Shown here one piece after another: positions 29,536 to 45,000 of a stretch of 64,000 bases of DNA (position 1 is its first letter; each line of letters begins with the position of its first letter). The position numbers were made by a program, and so were the translations under genes. Source of the DNA: the human T2T-CHM13v2.0 reference genome, Homo sapiens; the NCBI RefSeq assembly GCF_009914755.1, contig NC_060930.1. The stretch is one strand, 5' to 3'. Under the pieces are notes generated by a model. It was not told where the DNA came from and ran no database searches. It was given only the letters and a program-made list of their open reading frames with translations.

Positions 29536-30877
29536 CAAGTTACAAATAAGAAGATGGAAAATGAAATGAGGGGGGAAAATACCTCAACCTAAAAGAAAGA
29601 GCAGAAAAAATTAAATGCATGTAAAGATGGTAGAAATAAATCCCAATTCATCAATAAAATACACCAGTTCTAAACATCTATGCACCAAACAGTATTGCCT
29701 CAAAACATATAAAGCAACAATTTCAGCATTGCAAGGAGCAACTGACAAATCCAGTGGGAGGCTTTAACACACCTCTCTCAATAATTGATAGATAATCAGA
29801 CAAAATCAGAAAAGAACATATTATAGATGATTTGAGCTGCACAATAAGCTAACTTATCTTTCAATGATGATATATAGAAAACTATATCCAATATTTAAAG
29901 ATGTTTTTTGAAGCACTTATGGGACATTTAAGAAAAAAAGTTGCAGAGATAAAAATGTAAAAAAGGAGCCCACGGAAGTAGTTCAATGCATATTTCAAAC
30001 TCTAAGGATCTAAACCTATTTTGTCTTAAAAGACAGAGACCCTGTCTTTCTTCTTCATTGATATATCTCCAGAGTCTAGCACAGTGCCTGTCACAAAGGA
30101 GGCTGTAAATAGCCACTGAAGAACGAATGGTGAATGAATGATTCTCTACTGAAGATGGTGCAGGTTGCATGAGCAACCAGCAAGGCAGACGCTGGAGGTA
30201 ACTAAAGCCCTTTCCAACACAGAGGGGACGAGAGGACAAGGTGACTGGCACCAGTCTCTAGGGAGAATTTATACCAAAAAAAGAAAGACGGAGTCATGAC
30301 AGCCAAATCTTCAAATCTTCAAACCCAGTGAGAGAGGCATGTGGAAGAGTCTTTGAAAGCCAAGTCTTTGTGGTTCCTAATGGCAGAGCAGAGACCAGCA
30401 GACAGAACTAACAACTAACTGTCCAACACTGGCTGGAAACTGGCCTGACTGATCATCTAAGGCCCCTTATGACTCTGTGTGGGACAGAAGTCTGTCTAGC
30501 AGGTACTGGGACTCTCAGGTCGTGGACTGAGTAATCTTTCCCATTCTATCCTGTCTCAGAGATTTTTTCATTCAAAATTCCCTGGATACCCCATCCTGTA
30601 AGACCTGTCCAAGGTCCCAGATTCAGGAGGTGGTGGAAGAATAATAAGAGCTCCATTCTAGACACTCAACTCAGTCCTTTCTGCTCCATATCAGCCTCTC
30701 CTTTAACCAAAATGAGCACACTTTAATCTGTAAAGTGACATGCACTTTCTAAGTCTACCCTCATCCCAGGAAACCTCATTCTTCTAGCACATAGCAAGGG
30801 ATTACAAATGCATACAGAAAGTGTTAAAATGAAAATGAAAATTCCTCAGCCTTCCAGAAGAAGGAAAGCAAGCTCAC

Positions 30878-30945
30878 CTTGACCTCCGCAGATGGCTGAG
30901 TTGGGGGCCTGGTTCTGGGGGCTTCTCCTGCGGTCGGCCAATCAT
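30878..30945 (-). CDS. uORF2, first part (MIGRPQEKPPEPGPQLSHLRRS...), continuing after splicing into 80..1
   Basis: ATG overlaps the uORF1 stop (ATGA). Open for 49 codons across the junction up to the window edge. Translation not demonstrated. Confidence 0.4.
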
Positions 30946-30956
30946 GCTGCTTTCAT
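30942..30956 (-). CDS. uORF1 (MKAA*)
   Basis: AGC-ATG AAA GCA GCA TGA inside the exon; A at -3. Translation not demonstrated. Confidence 0.45.
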   Translation of the reverse strand: MKAA

Positions 30957-31240
30957 GCTGCTGGACAGGTGGGAAGAGGAGGCCTGGTCCTGTGGGGAAA
31001 AGAAAAAGGAAAGGTCATTTCCTCATCATTTGCTCCTAGCTCTTCATCACCATCCTGCAGAAGACACTACCAGAAATCCCAGGGAAATTCCCGAGGCTGT
31101 CCTCACCTACTCTTAGGTAATGAGGAAGCAGACAGGCATGCATTCAACAAACATTTCCAAAGGCCTGCAATGTGCCAGGCAGGGCACTGAGGAATGAGGC
31201 CATGGAGATGAACTGGATGCAGTCTCTACACTTAGGAAAC

Positions 31241-31279
<39 letters not shown>

Positions 31280-31306
31280 CAGAGAGATATAGAGAGACAG
31301 AGAGAG
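31241..31306. repeat. (GA)n/(GACA)n simple repeat
   Basis: Seen directly. Confidence 0.85.
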
Positions 31307-31371
31307 ATCTGAGTTTCATTATAATATCATTTGCTAAGTGCTGTGATTCCCCAAATCCATTCAACAGCTGA

Positions 31372-31781
<410 letters not shown>

Positions 31782-33871
31782 TAAAAAATTTTCCACACCA
31801 TTAGAGATGACTACTTTAATAAAATATAGTAAAAATGAACTGCTAGAAAAAGGAAATGAAAAGATACTGATACAAAGTGCAAGCTCACTTTTAAGTTCTT
31901 TGATTCAACAGATTATTCTGTCAAATCGGCATGAAAGTTACTAAGCACCGACTCAATTTCTGAACTTATCTCATGGACCGCTAAAGAGTTTGCAGAGAGC
32001 ACCACTCCTGAGCCACAGCTGAGTAGCAGCATTGCTATAGTAGAGACTTCCACATTGCACACCTTTCCTAAGATGTCTAGCTGATATGTTCAGAGAGGGA
32101 GGCTAGAAAGAAAAATGATTTCAAATTCACTCTCTGGACTATAAAAAGTTAGTTCAGAGAGTCTCTCTTTGGGAAGGAGAACCACAGCAGGAGCTTTGGG
32201 AAAGTGTGGCTCCATGCTGTTTGGAGATAGGTGGTGGCACCCACCTGCTGTGTTCAGGTAACAAAGTGTGAGGCTCATGGAAAGCTGTTCCTGGAGCCCT
32301 GTCTGCCTCCACCCTGAACTTCCCAACCCTAACTATGGCAACCCCGCCTGAAGCTCCCTCCCTGAATGAGAAGAACAAAGAGTCATCTATTAAAATGCAC
32401 TGGGACATTTCAGAAAATAAATCATTTTCAAGATGCCAAAAGGGCTGCTGGTATGCATTCCTACTATTTAATGCTATAAAATGATTTTTTTTTAAATGAG
32501 AAATCCTTTGTCTGTGACAGCTAGCTCCAAAAAAAACCTTTAACTGCCTATTTCCTTAATACTTGAGGGAGGCATTACAAGTCATTTTCACCCATTTGAA
32601 TGTTTAAGAGAAAGTGCTCATTCTTCTAAATTCGCTGCTTTTAAGTAGTTCTTATTTTAAGCTTTAGAAGAAGATAACTCTGCAGAAGAAAACTTCCTTT
32701 TTCAAAGCCTTGTTTGTTTTGTTTTTTTAAATGCAAACACACATACACTCTCAACTCCCTGCTTCAAATGTTAAATCATCTGCAATTTTGGAGTTTGTTG
32801 CTCATGAAATTCTAGCGATAAGCACATCACAAACATTCCTATAGCAACAGAGTGTTTTTGAAGCAACATCTGTAATGTTACAAAGATTGTGTATCATTAT
32901 CTCTGAATGTTGGCAAAGGGAAGGTTATGGGGAATAACTGTTTATGTACAAATAAGTCAGTACAGTAACTGGCAACCTGAATAGCAGACCTTACCAAGGA
33001 GCTAAGCATGGCACGGGTGGGAAGCAGGAATGCACTTCATTCCGTTTCTGTGAATAAATTCACCATCCTAACCCTCTATGTATGAAAACAACTTTCTAGG
33101 GTCCTCTCTGCAGAGGCGTGAGCTCTTGGAACTGCTTGTCTTATGGGCAAGAGTTTGTCTTAGACAACATATGGCCAACTTTTATTAGCCATCTATTGTA
33201 AGTCAGGCATGGAGCTAGACTCAGGGCTTCTAAAGACAGGTTCTTCTTCAAAGAGGCTCAAGAGAACCATATAAACAGATAATTACAATTCCCTAAGAAG
33301 AGATTATTGGCTGGAGTTAAGGGAAAGGAAATGAAATTAACTAGTTCAATCCATTCATCTAACCATCCATTCACCCATCCAATGTTGGCTGGTGCCTAGT
33401 ATGTACTAGGCAAATGCAAGGCACTTGGCATACAACAGCTGAGTGAGACCAGTGTGTTCCCTACCTTCATGGAGCTTACAATCAAGTGCAAGAAGGAAAC
33501 CAACATTAACAAATTAGAGATAACTATAATAGTGGTCCCCTAAAGAAACATAGCTAATGCATAATAGCATATGCCAGAAGATGGACTAGCATGGACATGG
33601 GGCAGAAATGCTTTCCTAAGGAATTAGTCTTTAATATGAGCCCTAAGAATAAATTACTGAAGCAAAGTAGGGAGGGCAGCAGGGGAAAGATAGAGAGCAA
33701 GGGTGCTGCTGGTACACCGAGTAGCCTGTGCAAAGGTCCTGTGACAGGATGGAGCATGGCATACTCTAATTAGGAGAGAAGGCTCTTAATCAGGACTGCA
33801 CTGTTTCTTAACCTCACACTGTGCTCCAATCACTGTGGTATTCAAGACAGGCATTAAAGATGTACAGGTTT

Positions 33872-34169
33872 GGCTGCGCACAGTGGGTCCCACCTGTAAT
33901 CCCAGCATTTTGGGAGGCAGAGGTGGGTGGATCGCTTGAGCCCAGGAGTTTGAGACAAAACCTGGGCAACATGGTGAAACCCCATCTCTACAAAAAAATA
34001 CAAAAATTAGCCAGGTGTGGTGGTTTGTGTTTGTAGTCCCAGCTACTTGAGAGGATCACTTGAATCTGGGAGGTGAAGGCTGCAGTGAGCAGAGATCGCA
34101 CCACTGCACTCCAGCCTGGGTGACAGAGGGAGACACTGTCTCATAAAAAAAAAAAAAAAAAAAAAAAAG
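33872..34169 (+). mobile_element. AluJ
   Basis: TSD aagatgtacaggttt 33857-33871 / 34170-34184. Confidence 0.92.
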
Positions 34170-36133
34170 AAGATGTACAGGTTTTTCCAAAAGCACCCAA
34201 GAAGTTTTCTAGGGCAAATTAGGAACATATTGTGCCTAACTGCTAAATTCTCCCTCTTCCCAAACTGGCATGAGACATCCAAAATAGGGGCACCCTTGCC
34301 CTCCCTCCCAATGTATGATAAGTTTTAAGATTCTTACCTACTTGTTTTCTGCAACAGTGGTAAATTCAGTTTGGCCAGTGGCAAAATTAGGTGGCCAGTG
34401 CTGACACAGGGATGTGGATAAGCATTCTATTAAAATGATTGCTGGAGAAGCCTCACGGGGGTGTTACTTTCTAAGAAAGGTCATGCAATTTCATGCATAG
34501 CATGTGAGCTCTGGAGCTAAGGAGACCTAGGCTCTGCCCCTCACTAGCCGTATGGCCTTGTCCCACTTCTGTGAAATGAGGTTACTTAGCAGTGTCTTCC
34601 TTGCTGAACAGGCAGATCAGTGAGAGCGTAGGTCCCTCACTGAGCACGCTGCCCCTGCTCCTAATAGGCCCTGGATAAGTGGCAGCTGTTGCTAGCACTA
34701 TACCCAGTGAGTGGGGATAATCATGCCCCTCCCTCTATGTGAATATCCACAAGAATCCACAAGGATTTCCCAGCCGGTGCTGACGCTGCAGGGCAGCTTT
34801 GCAAGGCTCAGAGTCAGCTATTGCTGACCAGGGGTTCTGATGACTTGCTATTTCTTGGTCTGTGCCTTCAAAGGTCCCCAACCACTGTGCTGAGAGATCC
34901 CAGAACAATCCAGATACCTGGCCCCTACCCCTTAGAAGTCAGTAGACCCTCCCAAGCCGAGACAATGAAAAAACTCTCCAGACATTGCCAACTGTCTCTT
35001 GCAAAATCACTCCCAGTTGAGAACTACCATTCTACCGTGTACAGAAAGGCCTACCCACAGCAAGAATTATCCAGCTCACAAAACCAGGGTGCTTACAGAT
35101 AGCTCCTCCCAGGAGCTGAGGGCCTGAAGCCAGTAGACCTGGATTCTAGTTCTAATTCCAGCTCCACCATAATGATTAGGGTCCTCTTGGACAAACAGCC
35201 GAATCCCAGATGGCAGGGGAGGTGAACAGCTACTATATCCCAAAGGCCAAAGAACAGCTACTATATCCCATTCAGACCAGGCACGTTGCTAGGACTTCCC
35301 AGACAGTGCCTCTAGTACTTACAACCATCCTGCTGAGGTGCTGTAGGGATCACCATTCTACAAGTGAGGAAGCCGAGGTCTGATGCCTTGCCCAAGGCCA
35401 CAGAACTGAGTGGTTGAGCCAGAGCTTTAAGGGCCAAATCCCATCCTCTTTATCCCATCACCCTGCCTCCTTACAGGGGTAGAAATCTTATCTCCTTCCC
35501 ATATGACCAGTAAAGAGGCAGCCCTGGAGGGTTGTGTGACTTTCCAAGGACCTGTCACATCCACCATGCCACCAAGCAAGGCCAGAATCTTCCCACAGCC
35601 CCACGCTGCTATCAGAACCTCAGTTTCCCTTCTATACAATGGGGGTGACAAATGCCGCCTCACAGGCCACACTGCTGTCTGAGTTAAGGGAGAGTGAAGA
35701 TTAGGAGTCTTAGGGAAGGAAGAAATTAATACACAGGAACAAGCACTTTAAATGAGTATCTAAAAGCCCAAATCAAAGAGGGGTTCTCTGCAGCCACAAG
35801 GCCGTTGAAAGGAAAAGAACAGCTCACATCTACCAGACCGAGGACGGGGGGTTCAGCCAGGGGAAGGGAGGGACACAGGATATAAACTATGAAGCAGGAC
35901 CAAATGAAGTGTGAAGAATTCCCTCCATGCCACCCACAATTCATTAGAAATTGGCACAGATTTTAAAAAGAAGAAAAAGGAACAGGGGGAGGGGGATGCA
36001 GGAAAATGGAGAGGAGGGAGGAATTAAATGTGAGACAGGCTCTACAGAGCATCTGAGAAACAGTGCAGAGAGGAATCACTGCAATGAGATCCCAGGCTCC
36101 AGTCACCTAGGGACCCACAGTTCTGTCAAATGA

Positions 36134-36556
<423 letters not shown>

Positions 36557-38164
36557 TGATGCCCTTCCTCTCTCTCCATGGAGGCTGAGTAAAGAATAAT
36601 TTTCATGCACTGGAGGAAGGGGATCCTGCCCAGACCATGATGGGATATAGGCAGATCACTTAATCAGGCCCTCGTGTATCTGCTCATTCCAGAGCACAGA
36701 AGCTTGGGCCTTTCACACCAATATCAGAGCAGCTCAAACACTGACAGCATGTCAGGTGGACTCACCACAGGCTAACATGGGTGACAGGCTACCATCTGCT
36801 CCCCAGCCTCAGGCTGCCCACCCCTCCTTGCTCACAGCTCCAACCAGCTTGTCTTTCAAGTCCTCAGACACACCAAGCTCTTTTCTACCCCAGGGCCTTT
36901 GCACATGCCAGTCCCTCTGCCTGGGATGCCCTTTTCCCAGCTCTCCTCTCATTAGCATCTACTCATCTGTCAGGCTATAGCTTTGGGAAGATGTCTCCAT
37001 CCCTCTGAAATTTAACTGGGCAACAGCATTTATCACAGTTGTAATTAATCAATTATGTGATTAACGAGTTGGTCTCCCCAGTCAGACTGTAAGCTCTATC
37101 AGGGCATGGGCTATGTCCGTTTTTTTCACCGCTGTGTCTAATGGCCTGGCACAGCAGTCAATCCTGATTACACATCAGAATCACCTGGAGCTTTAGAAAC
37201 CAGGGATGCCTGGGTTTCACCTGGGCTCTTGTTGAACACCCTGTTAAACAAGAGCGTGTAAAGCTCGCCAGGTGGTTGTGATATGTGGCCAAGGCTGAGA
37301 CCGCCGACTTGAAGAAGAGGACCTTGGCTTATGTCCTAGAACAATTCTGAAGCAGTGCAGGCAGTTATATTAATAGTAGGACCTTGCTCCCTTTGCTTGC
37401 ATATACAATGTATCACCTAAATGTTGTGTTCCACCCTAGAGATTAATTTTGAGGAAATTCCAGAAGAAGAAAACAAAACCCTCATTGTTAAAGAGGAATA
37501 CTATTCCTTTCATTAAGTGCTCCCCACACGGCCTCCTCCCCTCACACTCCTCTGTCCCTTTATTCAGGTTTATCACGTTCATCCTAAGGGCCACAGGATT
37601 AACTTGATGTGTTTCTGAAATACACTTAAATATTTGGAGTAAAATCCTTTAATTTTTAATTAAAACAGGCCCAGCTCTATATTACACAGTAGAATACAAA
37701 ATTCCACATTAAATTTTATTAAAACAGGAGAGTTCAAGGCTATTTCATATTGGAACGGGCCCTCCAGGCCAGCCTCAGATGGACAAGTAGAGGAGCTTTG
37801 CAGAAACTCACCCAGGGGACACCAGGGGGTGGGTCATCTGTGCTGATCTGGCTTTCCCAGGACAAGTCAATGGCAAACTGTTCCTTTCTACTCAGTTGTG
37901 CTTACTAAAGGGGAGAGGTAAATGTATGAAAAAAAAAAAAAAAAGATCCGATCGCTATTACAACAGCACACGAAGTAACAATTCCAATTCCCTGATGGGC
38001 TTCCCCAGCCCAACAAAGGCACTGCTGCAGGGAGTCCCAGAACCTGGGAACAGTAGACTCTGACTGAACTCACTGAAAGAGGAGCTCTCATCAAAGTGGT
38101 GGTTCTCCAACTTTCAGGTCTACACGAACCATCCTGGGAACTTGTGAAGAATGAAGCTTCCCTT

Positions 38165-39245
38165 CACACCCACCAGGTTGGCCACAACCAAAAACACAAA
38201 ATCACAAGTGTTGACCTGGAAGTGGAGACACTGGCACCCTATGCATTCCCAGTAGGGATGGAAAATGGTGTAGCCACTGTGGAGGGCAGTTCAGCTGGTT
38301 TCTCAACACATTTAAACATTGCATTACCATGTGACCCAGGAATTCTGCTTCTAGGTATATACCCCACATCACCGAAAATGGGTACTCCAACAGAAACTTG
38401 CACACAAATGTTCCTAGAAACATTATTCACAGAGCTGAAAAGGTGGAAAGAACCCAAATGTCCATCAACTGATGAGTGGATAAACAAATGTGTTATATTC
38501 ATACAATGGAATATTATTCACCAATAAAAAGGAAATAAACACTAATACATGCAACAACATGGATGAACCTCGAAAACAGGGTGTTAAGTGAAAGACGTCA
38601 AACACAAAAGGTCACATAGTGTACGGTTCCTTTTATCTGGAACATCCAGAATAGGCCAAGGCATGGAAGCAGAAAGCAGGTTAGTGGTTGCAAGGGGCTG
38701 GGGAGGGCAGAATGGTGAGTGGGTACAGGGTTTCCTTCTGGGATGACAAAAATGCCTTGGAACTAGACCTAGGTGAGGTTGCACAACATTGTAAATGCAG
38801 GAAACGCCAATGACTTGTATACTTTAAAATGGCCGTGCAGCCATAAAGAAGAACGAGATCGTGTCTTTTGCAGGAACATGGGTGGAGCTGGAGGCCACTG
38901 TCCTCAGCAAGCTAACGCAGGAACAGAAAACCAAATATCCCATGTTCTTACTTATAAGTGGGAGCTAAATGATGAGAACTTATGAATACAAAGAAGGAAA
39001 CAACAGACACTGAGGTCTACTTGAGGGGGGAGGGCAGGAGGAGGGAGAGGAGCAGAAAAGATTACAACTGGGTACTGGGCTTAATTCCTGGGTGATGAAA
39101 TAATCTGTATAACAAACTCCCATGACATAAGTTTACCTCTGTAACAAACCTTCACATGCATCCCCGAATGTAAAATAAAAGTTAAACATTTTTTACGTGA
39201 AAAAAAAAATGACCGATGGTTAATTTTATGTTGGTGAATTTTACC
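38165..39245 (+). mobile_element. L1MB-like 3' end with a nested younger L1P 3' end (~38836-39210)
   Basis: aacccaaatgtccatcaactgatgagtggataaacaaatg...tatactttaaaatgg, then a second 3'UTR; flanks aaaatggccg / aaaatgaccg. Confidence 0.75.
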
Positions 39246-39928
39246 TAATATATATTTTTTCTTTTTTTAAAAGAAGCTTCCTGGGCCCTACCATTAGAGA
39301 CTTTAACTCATTAGGTCTGCGCTGGGCCCAGGGACCTATTTTTTAAAAGAACAACCTGGGTGACTCTGAGAGGGGTGGTCCCCAAACACAGCCTAAAAGG
39401 CAGGGTCGATTTGTGTAAACAATGCCTTTACTTTGGATGAATCCATAATGACTGATACTATTTACCTACTGAGTGCCAAGTATCTGCCAGGCACTGGGTT
39501 TGGTGTTTTTAAATGCACTATCTCAGAATCACACTGCAAGGTAGAAATGATCTCTTTTATTTTATAGATAAGGAGATGGAGGCTCAGAGAGGCGAAGTAA
39601 AGGGCACAGAGCTAACAATGGATTCAAATCAGTATCTGTCTGACTCCACAGACCATATTTTTTCTCTCTCCCTACTCTATGCCACTGGTTCTTCAACAAG
39701 CTCTTTCAGGCAGCAGGAATCTCATCTCTGTGTTATATGTGCAAAATGCTCTTTATGTCCCAGGCTTAGATCATCTTACTCCAAGGTGTGGTCTTTAGAC
39801 CTGAAGCCTTAGCATCCCTGGGAATTTACAGACTCTCAGTCCTCACCTCAAGTTTGCTGAATTGGACTTTGCTATCCCCAGATAATTCATATGCACATTG
39901 AAGTGTGAGCAGCACTGGCCTTTGTAGA

Positions 39929-40614
<686 letters not shown>

Positions 40615-40703
40615 TCAGAGCAGCGTAGCTCAACCTTGGCATTTGTGACACTGTGGGTTGGATAATTCTTTGTTGTTGGTGGGGCTTTCTGTACATGGTG
40701 GAG

Positions 40704-40908
40704 CAGTAGTTCTCAACAGGGAGTGATTTTACTCCTCGAGGGATACTTGGCAATGTCCAGAGACATTGTTGGTTGTCACAGTTGGGGGAGTTCTTCTAGT
40801 ATCTAATGGGTAGAGGCCACGGATGCTGCTAAACACCCTGGAAGGCATGGGACAGCCCCCAGCAAAGGACGATCTGGTCTAAAACGTTAGTAGGAGAAAC
40901 CCTGCTCT
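40704..40908 (+). mobile_element. MER20
   Basis: cagtagttctcaacagggagtgatttt...ttggcaatgtccagagacatt...gatgctgctaaacacc...gagaaaccctg. Confidence 0.75.
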
Positions 40909-41721
40909 AGTGTAATCAAGAGAACACTGCCAGTCTCAGCAGAACTGGTAGCAGGAGGCTAAGGAGGCCAAAGAGTACCCACCCCCAACCATTTGTCAAG
41001 CCCCAAGAAGCCTTCAGAACTCTGAGAAGCTACTCTCCAAGAAAGCAGGTGTCTATTTTTGCCAAAAATGCAGAACAAGAAGTTCTGGTTTCCAGAATAA
41101 TCTATAAACTCATTACTAAAATGAAGTGCCTGCATTTCCAATCCCAAGGGCAAGGCAAGGAAGAAATTCCTTTTTGGCGTTGATGTTTGGAATGTGTGAT
41201 AAATTCTGCATGTAAACCACAATCTGCTGTTGGTTAGGTGTAGAGATATATCACTCATTCAGTTGTGCATTCATCTATTTATTTATAAATATTTATTGAG
41301 CACCTACTATATGTTGGGTACTCTTCTAGTGTTGGAAACACAGCAGGAAACAAATAAAAGGTCCCTGCCTTTGTGGAGCAGATAGTCTAGTGGAGGAGAA
41401 TAACAATATACAAGTAAGCAGGCATGTGTGCAATGTCATGGCAGGTATGATGAATGTTATGAAGGGAAATAAAGCAGGGTAAGGGTCAGAGGAGTGATGA
41501 ACATGGGTGGCGCCTATTCATGGTCACCTGAAAAGGTGACATCTGGGCATAGGCCTAAATGAACTGGCTGAACCAGGTGACTCAGGGAAGGAAGAGAGTC
41601 CCAGGCAGAGGACACAGCAGCTGTGTCCTTCCACTCTTTGGTGGAATGAACTTGGTGGAGGGAGCCGGCAGGTGCGGTCAGCAAGGCAGGAGGCCAGGCT
41701 GTAGGCATGAGATCATGGAGG

Positions 41722-42033
<312 letters not shown>

Positions 42034-45000
42034 TCATGGAGGGTTGTGAGCAGAGGAGAGATGGGGTCTGATTCACTTTTCACGTGGAGAACAAACTACA
42101 AGAGGACAAGAGTGGAGAAAGCTGTTGTCGTCTTCCAAGTAAGAGAGGGTGCTGGCTTATTAATAATTCATTAATTAAACCATCAACATTAATACAAATT
42201 ATCTATTGGGCCAATGCTATTACTCTTTTATTTCAGACATATCATGGGGAGACCAGGCATCGCATTCCAGCTACTTCTACAGAAAAATGCATTCTGAGTT
42301 CCATGATCAACTTGAAACCTTTTCCATCCACCTTGGTTTTAAGCTGGGTACTGTGTGGTTGGATAGAAGACAGCAGGAAAGGGAGTCAGGGATGAGGGCA
42401 GATTAACAGGAGGAAAAAAGGGCATCTCCCCTCATCATGCCCTTTTCCCCAGAGCCACCAGAGAAGAGCAGTCTGAATGGAACCTTCCTATCATACTCCT
42501 TCCAAGGTTTGTTGGGCAGCAGATAGATGAGCCCCAGCTGTTCTGCTCCAGGCTGGCTCTCCCAGAAGGATGGCACTGCAGCTGTGTCCAAAAGAGAGCT
42601 ACGGAGTCTTTCTCAGAAGCGGGGAGCCCCTACTTTAGAGTTTCCGAAGATTCAAGGCAGCACTGGATCACGGAGTCAGTAGAAGTGGGGCAGAAGAATC
42701 CCCCTGTGCCGCTTACAAAACGCACAACAGGCATGTCAGCCAATCTCTCTGATCCTCGGCATTCCCCTCTGTAAAATGGAAACAACCTCCTTGGCCTCTC
42801 AGAGTGGTTATGATGGGTCAAAGCAGACAATGCTGGCGCTGGGTGTGCCGAGGTCTGGGCATCTGCACCTTCGGGAGCAGATACAGATGCTCCATCCTCC
42901 ACGGGCATATGGATTTGTGCTGTACTCACATCCAGGTAATTTGGCTTTACCCATGGAAAGGGGCTTCCCTTTCATTAATTCATCGACTCCACACACATGC
43001 ACTGGGTCTTAGTGCCGGGTGTGGTGTTTGGAAGAACAGTCAGAGGCAGCCCCCACTCTCCAGGAACACAAGGGCAGAGTGGGAGACAGACACGAAATAG
43101 GTTCTACCAATGTTCCTTCTCCTTCAGTGCCTGGTTGCCCAAATAGTTTTCTTGCCTTCAGACTAGAGCCACCAGCCTTTTGGGGCCTACAGATTCCCCT
43201 CATCTACCCATAGCTTGCAGCCTCGACCCTGGGGCAGTGCCCTCTGCTCATTTCCAGACTGGGAAGCAGGCCTGATTGTTTCTGCTGAAGCAGGAAAAGA
43301 TGGTGAGAGAAAGGCAGGGCTGGCTGTGTAGAGAGGGGAACCAGCAGAAGTTTTGCCTTCAATAAGGCTTTCCTTCCAGCCCACACTTCCAGGACACCCA
43401 CTTGTGACCCTGAGATCGCCTGGGGTTCGGCATCTCTCTGGTGCTTCCCAAGGAACGTCTTCAAGAGAAGGCTCCGGCTCTGAGTCATCTGAAGCAGAGA
43501 GGAGACCTTGTAAAAATAACTCTAAGTATGAAGCTCCTGTATTCATATTATTCACGATACAAAGAACAAAAAAGCAGGGCAGGAAGCAGAGGAGGAAAGT
43601 GTCGTTCACATCAGTTTTCTTCATATGACAAGCAGCCAGGAACTCAATTGCTAAGCCTCATCTCTCTCTCTCTGTTTCTCTCTCTTTCCTTGGAGCGATT
43701 ACATAAGCTGGAAAAGGGGTCTTCTCTGCAACATCCTAACTCTCCCAAGAGTCCCTCTCCATCTGTCACCTGTAAATCTGAGCCTTCCCAGTAACGCTTA
43801 CCGGGATGCAAACGTGCTCAAGTTGTGCACTCTCCTGGGATGTGGGCCCCAGAACAAGGAATTCCCTTGAAGACCCAAGGGCCTTCACTGAGCCCCAGGA
43901 GTGGGATTTCTGGCAATGTGACCATATGAGGGAGAACCTATTGGGGAGGCTGGCAGGGTTGGCCAGGTCTCTGAAGGCATATGTGGTGGGGCTTCCTTGA
44001 AAGACCTTGGATTTCAACATGTTAGGATATGTGGGCCTCAGGAACTCTCCTGGTCATATTCAGGACTTCCTGGGCTCCAAGCGGGGAGGTGCTGCAGACT
44101 CACTTCTACGTTGCCTTCTGAGAGCCATGGTCTTTATGGATCATGGAGGTAAGGACAGGGATTTTGAGACAAGGATGAGAGCCTATTAAGAGAAAAAGCA
44201 AAGGAATGAGACCGGAAGCCGGGAGAGATGAGAAATAAACAAGATCCTGGGAAACAGGGAACAGCTGGAGGTGCGGCCCTAAAGGGTTTTTTTTTTGTGC
44301 TTATCAGGCACGCCCCTTTCTGGAGAGGTGCCATAGTGGTGGTCCTGACCTCTTGTGGCTCATAACTGAAGACAAACTAATTACTTTTAGACAAATGCAT
44401 GTACATATTAGGAAATGAAAACCTCCACCATGGCATGGTAAGTATAAGCTTCAGCTAAATTCAGAACCCTAGCTGATGCCAGTAAAAAGAACTATTAGCA
44501 AATTCACTGCTTTGTGCTTTGTAAACATCTCTATTCACAAGAAAACATGCTTTAGAGTATGAGTCTACCCTGATCGAACTCTTCATCAACATAAATCCCT
44601 GGTTTTACAACAAGAAGCCAAGCTCACCCGATGCTTTCAAATGTGCACAGTTAAACTAGGGCAGAGGTCCCAGCAAGCCTTGCAAAATTAAGCTCATGCA
44701 TCTAAAAAAATACTGGCCGAGTGCCTCAATGCTAGGCATTGTTCTCCGTGACTGGCACGCAACAGTGAACAAAGAAGACAAAACTCCCTGCCCTCATGGA
44801 GATTTCATTTTAATAGGGAGAAACAGAAAATAAAAATTATTATAATTAAAGTGTATAGTGTATTAGATGGCTGTAGATGCTATGGGAAAAAACAAAGTAG
44901 GAAATAGTCAGGGAAGCCCTCTCTGAGAAGGTGACATCTGAGCAAATGCCTGAAGGAATAAGAACAATGAGATCTGGGGAAAGAGCATTCTAGGAGGAGG

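Larger units (their letters stand above)
30878..30989 (-). other. TRERF1: 112-nt internal 5'-UTR exon
   Basis: Minus strand: very strong acceptor cctttcctttttcttttccccacag|GACCAGG and donor GTCAAG|gtgagct. Non-repeat sequence with retained CpGs; matches the recalled TRERF1 leader. Confidence 0.85.

Noticed and set aside
30892-31190. Plus-strand ORFs over the 112-nt exon
   Set aside because: Splice signals show the functional strand is minus.
35224-35270. Repeat-spacer-repeat as a CRISPR-like array
   Set aside because: Only two units with a 9-nt spacer, in eukaryotic intronic DNA with no cas genes.
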